Source: a virus
Lineage: Duplodnaviria; Heunggongvirae; Uroviricota; Caudoviricetes
Length of the DNA: 26,193 nt
Reading direction: 5' to 3' (one strand)
IMG/VR virus record: IMGVR_UViG_2636415673_000003
Shown: positions 17,953 to 26,193 of the stretch, in pieces
Numbering within the stretch: the stretch's first letter is position 1
Layout of the letters: each line of letters begins with the position of its first letter
Program-made: the position numbers and the translations under genes
The notes under the pieces: generated by a model
Database searches by the model: none
What the model saw: the letters and a program-made list of their open reading frames with translations, nothing else
Told to the model about the DNA's origin: nothing

Positions 17953-18429
17953 ATGCTTAGTGGTAAAGACTTAGGCCGAGCGATAGAGCAGGCCATTAAC
18001 AAAAAAATCGCATCGGGATCCGTCAAATCAAAGGCGGAGGTCGCACGCCACTTCAAAGTCCAACCACCATCAATTTATGACTGGATTAAGAAAGGCTCTA
18101 TAAGTAAAGATAAACTTCCAGAATTATGGCGTTTCTTTTCTGATGTTGTTGGTCCAGAGCATTGGGGGCTTAACGAATACCCCATACCAACCCCCACCAA
18201 TTCAGATACAAAAAGTGAACTTTTAGATATAAACAACCTTTATCAAGCAGCCTCTGATGAAATAAGAGCGATTGTAGCTTTCCTGTTATCTGGAAATGCT
18301 ACAGAACCAGATTGGGTTGACCACGATGTTCGCGCCTACATAGCAGCGATGGAAATGAAAGTGGGTAAGTATCTGAAAGCTCTAGAATCTGAACGGAAAA
18401 GCCAGAACATCACAAAAACTGGAACTTAA
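17953..18429 (+). CDS. racR: RacR prophage repressor
   Basis: 158 aa with an N-terminal HTH (KSKAEVARHFKVQPPSIYDWIKKG); matches K-12 RacR as recalled. Confidence 0.9.
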   Translation: MLSGKDLGRAIEQAINKKIASGSVKSKAEVARHFKVQPPSIYDWIKKGSISKDKLPELWRFFSDVVGPEHWGLNEYPIPTPTNSDTKSELLDINNLYQAASDEIRAIVAFLLSGNATEPDWVDHDVRAYIAAMEMKVGKYLKALESERKSQNITKTGT

Positions 18430-18490
18430 ACTTATATGGTCTGACGGAAAACTCCTGGATTCCGTTATTTAACCCCCCCATCACTTTCTG

Positions 18491-18558
18491 CTGTCGCCAT
18501 CACCTATTAGGTTACGCTCAAAACATTAGGCATAGCCTATTGACAATCAATTAGGCAT
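18491..18558 (+). promoter_or_regulatory. Leftward-operon promoter (pL-like, TTGACA-17-TATAGT) overlapped by operators (OL-like)
   Basis: TTGACA at 18530-18535, TATAGT at 18553-18558 with a 17-nt spacer. TTAGGCataGCCTAT (18516-18530) and TTAGGCATTACCTATAG (18541-18557) overlap the -35 and spacer; CCTATTAGG lies at about 18493-18501. Confidence 0.55.
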
Positions 18559-18737
18559 TACCTATAGTTCCAGCATACCACCCACCCCGCCCCACAGAAC
18601 GCCGGGCAATACTTCGAGTTACCAGGCAGTGGTAAGGGGTTAAGTAGCCAGCCCGAGGCGTATGAACATGACGGCGGGATTCAAATTTTGCAGTGCAGCA
18701 GTTAGTTCCGCCACCCGGCGTTAAGGGGAGAGATAAG

Positions 18738-18872
18738 ATGGTGCATTACGAAGTAGTTCAGTATTTGATGGATTGTTGCGGTATCACTTACAACCAGGCT
18801 GTGCAGGCTTTACGCAGCAACGCCTGGGATCTCTGGCAGGCAGAAGTCGCTATACGTAGCAACAAGATGTGA
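18738..18872 (+). CDS. ydaG: YdaG (44 aa) small Rac protein
   Basis: ATG 18738 with AGGGGAGAG upstream; MVHYEVVQYLMDCCGITYNQAVQALRSNAWDLWQAEVAIRSNKM. Too short for the ORF track. Confidence 0.7.
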   Translation: MVHYEVVQYLMDCCGITYNQAVQALRSNAWDLWQAEVAIRSNKM

Positions 18873-18882
18873 GATTCGCAAA

Positions 18883-19038
18883 ATGCAAAAAATCGACCTC
18901 GGCAACAACGAATCCCTGGTGTGCGGCGTGTTCCCCAACCAGGATGGAACGTTCACTGCCATGACGTATACCAAAAGCAAAACATTTAAAACCGAAACTG
19001 GTGCGCGCCGATGGTTGGAGAAGTACACAGTAAGCTAA
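18883..19038 (+). CDS. ydaF: YdaF (51 aa) small Rac protein
   Basis: MQKIDLGNNESLVCGVFPNQDGTFTAMTYTKSKTFKTETGARRWLEKYTVS; its stop overlaps the convergent sieB stop by 4 nt. Confidence 0.7.
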   Translation: MQKIDLGNNESLVCGVFPNQDGTFTAMTYTKSKTFKTETGARRWLEKYTVS

Positions 19039-19523
19039 CGATTAAAACGTCTACTCCTGCTGTTCCAGAATAACTTCATAAAATGGGAGTATTTTTCGGT
19101 GACGAGATAATAAGAACAGTTTGCGCTATCACTCTGATGTTGAATGATGCCCTTCCGTTCTAATTTTTTCATAACCGGGTTACGGCAAGGAGAAGTGATA
19201 ATAAGATTTCCTGTTTTAAGGAAATCTTTAAATACAGCGATTTCTTTCTCAGATAAACGAAGCAATACTCGTTGCTCTGGTAGTAATGAATAATGCTTTT
19301 GAATATGTGCTCGCAATCTTGAGAAGGAAATGGCGACCACGAAAGAAAAGGCAAAAACGATAATCTGAAAGAGCCAAGGTATTTCAGTATAAGCATTGAA
19401 TGCGACAGTAAACTCTTTCGGTATCAGCCAGAGAGTGAGACCAAAAATGATAATCGTATACATAAGTCTTTCGAGTGGCTCGTTAGCAAAAAGTTTCAAT
19501 AATGGAGTAAATACATCCAACAT
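19035..19523 (-). CDS. sieB: SieB superinfection exclusion protein B
   Basis: From MLDVFTPLLKLFANEPLE... the sequence matches Rac SieB (162 aa) as recalled, with TM segments. The ORF track's N-terminal extension to 19646 was not adopted. Confidence 0.85.
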   Translation of the reverse strand: MLDVFTPLLKLFANEPLERLMYTIIIFGLTLWLIPKEFTVAFNAYTEIPWLFQIIVFAFSFVVAISFSRLRAHIQKHYSLLPEQRVLLRLSEKEIAVFKDFLKTGNLIITSPCRNPVMKKLERKGIIQHQSDSANCSYYLVTEKYSHFMKLFWNSRSRRFNR

Positions 19524-19963
19524 ATCAATAACTCTCAACTGTAAGGGTATTGAAATGTTAACACAAGCTCTCGCTGTAGGGGTATAGCCGAGACCACCGA
19601 AGCCCGGAGGTGGTGAAATAAAACCGGGCACAACACGAAGGCGCATTTCCGATATCCATAAAGAGTCGGTCTTGTCTGTTAAATTTAAATGGTGGGAGTG
19701 CGCCTCCGGTTGTAAATAACGACATTGCTGTGTGTAGTCCTGGCGGCATCAGTTTTTTCTTGAAGTTCGGCTGATGTCCGCCCTTTTTTAAGTGAATTTT
19801 GTGATGCGGTGAATGCGGCTAAGCGCACGTGGCACAGTTAAAAGTCATGTTAGTCCTTATTGGTTTGGGTGGGAAAGCCGACTGTAATTGTTAACTGGTT
19901 GCAGTCACCTGGAGGCACCAGGCACCGCATCAACAAAGTTCATTTGTAAAAATGGAGATAATT

Positions 19964-20185
19964 ATGATTGCACATCACTTCGGAACTGATGAAATACCAC
20001 GTCAGTGTGTGACTCCTGGCGATTATGTTCTTCATGAAGGCCGGACATATATTGCCTCGGCAAACAATATTAAAAAGCGAAAACTATATATTCGTAACCT
20101 GACCACAAAAACATGCATTACTGACCGCATGATTAAAGTCTTCCTCGGTCGTGATGGTTTACCTGTAAAGGCGGAGTCATGGTGA
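19964..20185 (+). CDS. kilR: KilR, FtsZ-inhibiting killing protein
   Basis: [42 protein letters not shown]... matches K-12 KilR (73 aa) as recalled; GGAG 6 nt upstream. Confidence 0.9.
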   Translation: MIAHHFGTDEIPRQCVTPGDYVLHEGRTYIASANNIKKRKLYIRNLTTKTCITDRMIKVFLGRDGLPVKAESW

Positions 20186-20355
20186 TGACTAAGAAAATAA
20201 AATGTGCTTACCACCTTTGCAAAAAAGACGTTGAAGAAAGCAAAGCTATTGAAAGAATGCTTCACTTCATGCACGGGATTTTATCAAAAGACGAACCGAG
20301 AAAATATTGCAGTGAATCTTGTGCCGAAAAAGACCAGATGGCACATGAACTTTAA
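20185..20355 (+). CDS. ydaE: YdaE (56 aa) Cys-rich zinc-binding protein
   Basis: [56 protein letters not shown]; start overlaps the kilR stop. Too short for the ORF track. Confidence 0.75.
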   Translation: MTKKIKCAYHLCKKDVEESKAIERMLHFMHGILSKDEPRKYCSESCAEKDQMAHEL

Positions 20356-20429
20356 TTAATTGACTATTCGAAACTGAATTTATGCCAGAAATGGCAGGTA
20401 TTCGCTCAGCCTTAATTAAGGAGAAAAAC

Positions 20430-20705
20430 ATGATTACCAATTATGAAGCCACTGTTGTAACTACCGATGACATTGTTCACGAGGTGAATCTGGAAGGAAA
20501 GCGCATTGGCTACGTAATTAAAACAGAAAATAAAGAAACCCCATTCACTGTGGTTGATATCGATGGTCCATCAGGCAACGTAAAAACACTTGATGAAGGT
20601 GTCAAAAAAATGTGCCTGGTGCATATCGGAAAGAATCTGCCCGCAGAAAAAAAAGCCGAATTTCTGGCAACTCTAATTGCAATGAAATTAAAAGGTGAAA
20701 TCTGA
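20430..20705 (+). CDS. racC: RacC
   Basis: From MITNYEATVVTTDDIVHEVNLEGKRIGYVIK... (91 aa), matching K-12 RacC as recalled; AAGGAG upstream. Confidence 0.85.
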   Translation: MITNYEATVVTTDDIVHEVNLEGKRIGYVIKTENKETPFTVVDIDGPSGNVKTLDEGVKKMCLVHIGKNLPAEKKAEFLATLIAMKLKGEI

Positions 20706-20711
20706 AAGAAA

Positions 20712-20734
20712 TAGCCTGCGTATGGCGCAGGCTA
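20712..20734 (+). other. Perfect 9-bp stem hairpin (TAGCCTGCG-TATGG-CGCAGGCTA) between racC and recE
   Basis: Read directly from the sequence. No U-tract follows, so it may be a structural barrier or RNase site rather than an intrinsic terminator. Confidence 0.4.
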
Positions 20735-20806
20735 TGAACAGTGTGTATCCGGCAAGATCATTCACTGAACAAAACGAATTTTAATCTGAGTTGAGGTTAA
20801 AAAACA

Positions 20807-23407
20807 ATGAGCACAAAACCACTCTTCCTGTTACGGAAAGCGAAAAAATCATCCGGTGAACCTGACGTCGTCCTGTGGGCAAGCAACGATTTTGAATCGA
20901 CCTGTGCCACTCTGGACTACCTGATCGTTAAGTCAGGTAAAAAACTGAGCAGCTATTTTAAAGCTGTTGCCACGAATTTTCCTGTCGTTAATGACCTGCC
21001 CGCTGAAGGTGAGATCGATTTTACCTGGAGTGAACGCTATCAACTCAGCAAAGACTCCATGACATGGGAACTAAAACCGGGAGCAGCACCAGACAACGCT
21101 CACTATCAAGGCAATACCAACGTCAACGGCGAAGACATGACTGAGATTGAGGAGAATATGCTACTCCCAATTTCTGGCCAGGAACTGCCCATTCGTTGGC
21201 TTGCTCAACACGGCAGCGAAAAACCGGTAACGCACGTTTCACGCGACGGACTCCAGGCATTACACATTGCTCGGGCTGAAGAACTACCGGCTGTTACTGC
21301 CCTGGCTGTTTCCCACAAAACCAGCCTGCTCGACCCGCTGGAAATTCGCGAACTCCACAAACTGGTTCGTGACACTGACAAAGTTTTCCCTAATCCTGGT
21401 AATTCAAACCTGGGACTGATAACTGCTTTTTTCGAAGCATACCTGAACGCTGACTACACCGATCGAGGACTGCTGACAAAAGAGTGGATGAAGGGTAATC
21501 GTGTTTCACACATCACTCGCACGGCTTCCGGTGCTAATGCTGGCGGCGGAAACCTCACCGATCGCGGCGAAGGTTTCGTACACGATCTGACGTCACTGGC
21601 GCGCGACGTAGCCACTGGCGTACTGGCCCGTTCAATGGATCTGGACATCTATAACCTTCATCCGGCACACGCTAAACGCATTGAGGAAATTATCGCTGAA
21701 AATAAACCGCCCTTTTCTGTTTTCCGCGACAAATTCATCACCATGCCTGGCGGGCTGGATTATTCCCGCGCCATCGTGGTTGCGTCCGTAAAAGAAGCAC
21801 CAATTGGGATCGAGGTCATCCCCGCGCACGTCACTGAATATCTGAACAAAGTACTGACTGAAACCGATCATGCCAACCCTGATCCGGAAATCGTGGATAT
21901 TGCCTGCGGTCGCTCCTCTGCCCCGATGCCGCAGCGAGTAACAGAAGAAGGAAAACAGGATGATGAAGAAAAACCGCAACCATCTGGAACAACGGCAGTT
22001 GAACAGGGAGAGGCTGAAACAATGGAACCGGACGCAACTGAACATCATCAGGACACGCAGCCGCTGGATGCTCAGTCACAGGTAAATTCTATTGATGCGA
22101 AATATCAGGAACTGCGGGCAGAACTCCATGAAGCCCGGAAAAACATTCCATCAAAAGATCCTGTCGATGCCGATAAATTGCTTGCTGCATCACGTGGTGA
22201 ATTTGTTGACGGAATTAGCGACCCGAACGATCCGAAATGGGTAAAGGGGATCCAGACTCGCGATTGTGTGTACCAGAACCAGCCAGAAACGGAAAAAACC
22301 AGCCCGGATATGAATCAACCTGAGCCAGTAGTGCAACAGGAACCGGAAATAGCCTGCAATGCCTGCGGCCAGACTGGCGGGGATAACTGCCCTGACTGTG
22401 GTGCGGTGATGGGCGACGCAACATACCAGGAAACATTCGATGAAGAGAGTCAGGTTGAAGCTAAGGAAAATGATCCGGAGGAAATGGAAGGCGCTGAACA
22501 TCCGCACAATGAGAATGCTGGCAGCGATCCGCATCGCGATTGCAGTGATGAAACTGGCGAAGTCGCAGATCCCGTAATCGTAGAAGACATAGAGCCAGGT
22601 ATTTATTACGGAATTTCGAATGAGAATTACCACGCGGGTCCCGGTGTCAGTAAGTCTCAGCTCGATGACATTGCTGATACTCCGGCACTATATTTGTGGC
22701 GTAAAAATGCCCCCGTTGACACCACAAAGACAAAAACGCTCGATTTAGGAACCGCTTTCCACTGCCGGGTACTTGAACCGGAAGAATTCAGTAACCGCTT
22801 TATCGTAGCACCTGAATTTAACCGCCGTACAAACGCCGGAAAAGAAGAAGAGAAAGCGTTTCTGATGGAATGCGCAAGCACAGGAAAAACAGTTATCACT
22901 GCGGAAGAAGGCCGGAAAATTGAACTCATGTATCAAAGCGTTATGGCTTTGCCGCTGGGGCAATGGCTTGTTGAAAGCGCCGGACACGCTGAATCATCAA
23001 TTTACTGGGAAGATCCTGAAACAGGAATTTTGTGTCGGTGCCGTCCGGACAAAATTATCCCTGAATTTCACTGGATCATGGACGTGAAAACTACGGCGGA
23101 TATTCAACGATTCAAAACCGCTTATTACGACTACCGCTATCACGTTCAGGATGCATTCTACAGTGACGGTTATGAAGCACAGTTTGGAGTGCAGCCAACT
23201 TTCGTTTTTCTGGTTGCCAGCACAACTATTGAATGCGGACGTTATCCGGTTGAAATTTTCATGATGGGCGAAGAAGCAAAACTGGCAGGTCAACAGGAAT
23301 ATCACCGCAATCTGCGAACCCTGTCTGACTGCCTGAATACCGATGAATGGCCAGCTATTAAGACATTATCACTGCCCCGCTGGGCTAAGGAATATGCAAA
23401 TGACTAA
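20807..23407 (+). CDS. recE: RecE, exonuclease VIII
   Basis: 866 aa, same length as K-12 RecE; C-terminal nuclease domain with conserved acidic motifs. Confidence 0.95.
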   Translation: MSTKPLFLLRKAKKSSGEPDVVLWASNDFESTCATLDYLIVKSGKKLSSYFKAVATNFPVVNDLPAEGEIDFTWSERYQLSKDSMTWELKPGAAPDNAHYQGNTNVNGEDMTEIEENMLLPISGQELPIRWLAQHGSEKPVTHVSRDGLQALHIARAEELPAVTALAVSHKTSLLDPLEIRELHKLVRDTDKVFPNPGNSNLGLITAFFEAYLNADYTDRGLLTKEWMKGNRVSHITRTASGANAGGGNLTDRGEGFVHDLTSLARDVATGVLARSMDLDIYNLHPAHAKRIEEIIAENKPPFSVFRDKFITMPGGLDYSRAIVVASVKEAPIGIEVIPAHVTEYLNKVLTETDHANPDPEIVDIACGRSSAPMPQRVTEEGKQDDEEKPQPSGTTAVEQGEAETMEPDATEHHQDTQPLDAQSQVNSIDAKYQELRAELHEARKNIPSKDPVDADKLLAASRGEFVDGISDPNDPKWVKGIQTRDCVYQNQPETEKTSPDMNQPEPVVQQEPEIACNACGQTGGDNCPDCGAVMGDATYQETFDEESQVEAKENDPEEMEGAEHPHNENAGSDPHRDCSDETGEVADPVIVEDIEPGIYYGISNENYHAGPGVSKSQLDDIADTPALYLWRKNAPVDTTKTKTLDLGTAFHCRVLEPEEFSNRFIVAPEFNRRTNAGKEEEKAFLMECASTGKTVITAEEGRKIELMYQSVMALPLGQWLVESAGHAESSIYWEDPETGILCRCRPDKIIPEFHWIMDVKTTADIQRFKTAYYDYRYHVQDAFYSDGYEAQFGVQPTFVFLVASTTIECGRYPVEIFMMGEEAKLAGQQEYHRNLRTLSDCLNTDEWPAIKTLSLPRWAKEYAND

Positions 23408-24209
23408 GCAACCACCAATCGCAAAAGCCGATCTGCAAAAAACTCAGGGAAACCGTGCACCAGCAGCAGTTAAAAATAGCGACGTGATTAGTTTTATTAA
23501 CCAGCCATCAATGAAAGAGCAACTGGCAGCAGCTCTTCCACGCCATATGACGGCTGAACGTATGATCCGTATCGCCACCACAGAAATTCGTAAAGTTCCG
23601 GCGTTAGGAAACTGTGACACTATGAGTTTTGTCAGTGCGATCGTACAGTGTTCACAGCTCGGACTTGAGCCAGGTAGCGCCCTCGGTCATGCATATTTAC
23701 TGCCTTTTGGTAATAAAAACGAAAAGAGCGGTAAAAAGAACGTTCAGCTAATCATTGGCTATCGCGGCATGATTGATCTGGCTCGCCGTTCTGGTCAAAT
23801 CGCCAGCCTGTCAGCCCGTGTTGTCCGTGAAGGTGACGAGTTTAGCTTCGAATTTGGCCTTGATGAAAAGTTAATACACCGCCCGGGAGAAAACGAAGAT
23901 GCCCCGGTTACCCACGTCTATGCTGTCGCAAGACTGAAAGACGGAGGTACTCAGTTTGAAGTTATGACGCGCAAACAGATTGAGCTGGTGCGCAGCCTGA
24001 GTAAAGCTGGTAATAACGGGCCGTGGGTAACTCACTGGGAAGAAATGGCAAAGAAAACGGCTATTCGTCGCCTGTTCAAATATCTGCCCGTATCAATTGA
24101 GATCCAGCGTGCAGTATCAATGGATGAAAAGGAACCACTGACAATCGATCCTGCAGATTCCTCTGTATTAACCGGGGAATACAGTGTAATCGATAATTCA
24201 GAGGAATAA
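23400..24209 (+). CDS. recT: RecT single-strand annealing recombinase
   Basis: From [14 protein letters not shown]... (269 aa), overlapping the recE stop by 8 nt, as in K-12. Confidence 0.95.
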   Translation: MTKQPPIAKADLQKTQGNRAPAAVKNSDVISFINQPSMKEQLAAALPRHMTAERMIRIATTEIRKVPALGNCDTMSFVSAIVQCSQLGLEPGSALGHAYLLPFGNKNEKSGKKNVQLIIGYRGMIDLARRSGQIASLSARVVREGDEFSFEFGLDEKLIHRPGENEDAPVTHVYAVARLKDGGTQFEVMTRKQIELVRSLSKAGNNGPWVTHWEEMAKKTAIRRLFKYLPVSIEIQRAVSMDEKEPLTIDPADSSVLTGEYSVIDNSEE

Positions 24210-24265
24210 TTCAGCCTGGCGGTGTAATGCACCGCCAACTTGAAATATTTTTTATGAGAAAAATT

Positions 24266-24460
24266 ATGAGATATGACAATGTTAAACCATGTCCATTTTG
24301 TGGTTGTCCATCAGTAACGGTGAAAGTCATTTCAGGATATTACCGAGCGAAGTGTAACGGATGCGAATCCCGAACCGGTTATGGTGGAAGTGAAAAAGAA
24401 GCACTCGAAAGATGGAATAAACGAACCACTGGAAATAATAACGGAGGTGTTCATGTATAA
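24266..24460 (+). CDS. ralR: RalR (Lar) restriction-alleviation protein / type I toxin DNase
   Basis: MRYDNVKPCPFCGCPSVTVKVISGYYRAKCNGCESRTGYGGSEKEALERWNKR... (64 aa). Confidence 0.9.
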   Translation: MRYDNVKPCPFCGCPSVTVKVISGYYRAKCNGCESRTGYGGSEKEALERWNKRTTGNNNGGVHV

Positions 24461-24641
24461 AATTACCGCCACTATTGAAAAGGAAGGTGGCACTCCTACT
24501 AACTGGACAAGATATTCAAAATCTAAACTAACGAAATCAGAATGCGAAAAAATGCTCTCAGGTAAAAAAGAAGCAGGCGTTTCCAGAGAGCAGAAAGTAA
24601 AACTGATAAATTTTAATTGCGAGAAACTTCAGTCCTCGTGA
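24453..24641 (+). CDS. ydaC: YdaC (DUF1187-type) small protein
   Basis: MYKITATIEKEGGTPTNWTRYSKSKLTKSECEKMLSGKKEAG...; ACGGAGGTG upstream; overlaps the ralR stop. Confidence 0.8.
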   Translation: MYKITATIEKEGGTPTNWTRYSKSKLTKSECEKMLSGKKEAGVSREQKVKLINFNCEKLQSS

Positions 24642-24740
24642 ATTGCATTGTATTCAAATTAAAACTTCATAGCTGATTATTAATAATCAACATCGGGCGT
24701 CAATTTCAGTCTAACATTGGCGCCTGCCAGAGGTGATGCG

Positions 24741-24956
24741 ATGGCACAAGTAATCTTTAATGAAGAGTGGATGGTTGAATACGGCCTGATGCTTCGCACT
24801 GGTCTGGGGGCCAGACAAATTGAAGCATACCGCCAGAACTGTTGGGTGGAGGGCTTCCACTTCAAACGAGTATCTCCTTTAGGTAAGCCAGACAGCAAAC
24901 GAGGGATTATCTGGTACAACTATCCAAAGATAAATCAGTTTATCAAAGACTCATGA
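24741..24956 (+). CDS. xisR: Excisionase XisR (YdaQ)
   Basis: From [44 protein letters not shown]..., directly upstream of the integrase. Confidence 0.85.
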   Translation: MAQVIFNEEWMVEYGLMLRTGLGARQIEAYRQNCWVEGFHFKRVSPLGKPDSKRGIIWYNYPKINQFIKDS

Positions 24957-24957
24957 T

Positions 24958-26193
24958 ATGTCTAAATTACCAACAGGTGTCGAGATTAGAGGTAGATACA
25001 TTCGCATCTGGTTCATGTTTCGAGGAAAACGATGTCGGGAAACATTAAAAGGCTGGGAGATTACAAACAGTAATATTAAAAAGGCCGGAAATTTAAGAGC
25101 GCTGATAGTTCATGAAATAAACTCCGGTGAATTTGAGTATTTAAGACGTTTTCCCCAGTCCAGCACTGGGGCAAAAATGGTGACAACGAGAGTCATAAAA
25201 ACGTTCGGAGAGCTTTGTGATATCTGGACAAAAATTAAAGAGACAGAGTTAACAACAAACACAATAAAGAAAACGAAATCACAATTAAAAACACTCAGAA
25301 TAATAATTTGTGAAAGTACCCTGATATCACATATTCGTTATAGCGATATCTTAAACTACCGGAATGAACTGCTGCATGGAGAAACGCTTTACCTGGATAA
25401 TCCAAGATCCAACAAAAAAGGAAGAACCGTGCGCACAGTTGATAACTATATCGCCCTGCTCTGTTCGCTGTTACGTTTTGCGTATCAGTCGGGATTTATA
25501 TCAACCAAACCATTTGAAGGAGTAAAAAAATTACAGCGAAACAGAATAAAGCCTGATCCGTTATCTAAAACAGAATTCAATGCATTAATGGAAAGTGAAA
25601 AAGGACAGAGCCAGAACATGTGGAAATTTGCAGTTTACTCAGGACTTCGTCACGGGGAACTGGCAGCTCTGGCGTGGGAGGATGTGGATCTCGAAAAGGG
25701 AATAGTGAATGTCAGAAGAAACCTGACGATACTTGATATGTTCGGTCCCCCAAAAACAAATGCCGGGATCCGGACAGTAACACTACTGCAGCCTGCTCTT
25801 GAAGCACTGAAGGAGCAATACAAACTGACCGGGCATCATCGCAAAAGCGAAATCACCTTTTATCATCGGGAGTACGGCAGAACCGAAAAGCAAAAACTGC
25901 ATTTTGTTTTCATGCCCAGGGTGTGTAACGGAAAACAAAAACCTTATTACTCGGTAAGCAGTTTGGGGGCAAGGTGGAATGCAGCAGTAAAACGTGCTGG
26001 TATTCGCCGCCGTAATCCGTACCATACGCGGCATACTTTTGCCTGCTGGCTGTTGACGGCAGGAGCGAACCCGGCATTTATAGCCAGCCAAATGGGGCAT
26101 GAAACTGCGCAGATGGTGTATGAAATTTACGGTATGTGGATTGATGACATGAACGACGAACAGATAGCCATGTTGAATGCGCGGTTATCATAG
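24958..26193 (+). CDS. intR: IntR, tyrosine site-specific integrase
   Basis: 411 aa with C-terminal catalytic residues (...HTRHTFACWLL...MGHETAQMVYEIYG); stop TAG is the last codon in the window, so attR lies outside. Confidence 0.95.
   Translation: MSKLPTGVEIRGRYIRIWFMFRGKRCRETLKGWEITNSNIKKAGNLRALIVHEINSGEFEYLRRFPQSSTGAKMVTTRVIKTFGELCDIWTKIKETELTTNTIKKTKSQLKTLRIIICESTLISHIRYSDILNYRNELLHGETLYLDNPRSNKKGRTVRTVDNYIALLCSLLRFAYQSGFISTKPFEGVKKLQRNRIKPDPLSKTEFNALMESEKGQSQNMWKFAVYSGLRHGELAALAWEDVDLEKGIVNVRRNLTILDMFGPPKTNAGIRTVTLLQPALEALKEQYKLTGHHRKSEITFYHREYGRTEKQKLHFVFMPRVCNGKQKPYYSVSSLGARWNAAVKRAGIRRRNPYHTRHTFACWLLTAGANPAFIASQMGHETAQMVYEIYGMWIDDMNDEQIAMLNARLS

Noticed and set aside
19524-19646. 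N-terminal extension of sieB (MRLRVVPGF...)
   Set aside because: Recalled SieB begins at MLDVFTPLL; the extension has no support.
21454-23305. Several 60-147 aa ORFs antisense to recE
   Set aside because: Fully nested antisense to a well-conserved gene, with no RBS or motifs; typical spurious ORFs.

Overview
The window is about 26 kb of a Rac-type lambdoid prophage of Escherichia coli, more complete than the remnant I recall from K-12. All calls rest on reading the six-frame translations and the raw sequence by eye; no database search was run, and family names come from memory. Right to left: the integrase intR sits at the right edge, followed by the '+'-strand early-left operon (xisR, ydaC, ralR, recT, recE, racC, ydaE, kilR, with sieB convergent, ydaF, ydaG). 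Next is the immunity region: racR flanked by two clusters of TTAGGC-N3-GCCTAA operators and the divergent cro-like ydaS/ydaT. The '-' strand then carries replication genes (ydaU, DnaC-like ydaV), a nin-like region, a Phage_antitermQ-type Q gene with a tR'-like terminator, a lysis cassette (dual-start holin, lambda R-like endolysin, Rz/Rz1), the potassium transporter trkG, and terminase small and large subunits. The portal gene at the left edge is cut by an IS3-family element, so the prophage is probably packaging-defective. The best candidates for undescribed biology are three cargo ('moron') loci: (1) a late-expressed membrane protein plus a convergent, overlapping small gene between Q and the holin; (2) a ParB-like nuclease-domain protein paired with a putative GT-A-like transferase just upstream of the terminase; (3) an AT-rich island carrying a small hydrophobic peptide, a yeaR-like gene with an NsrR-type operator, a hok/sok locus with a truncated Hok, and a KilA-N protein. 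No tRNA, rRNA or CRISPR array was seen.
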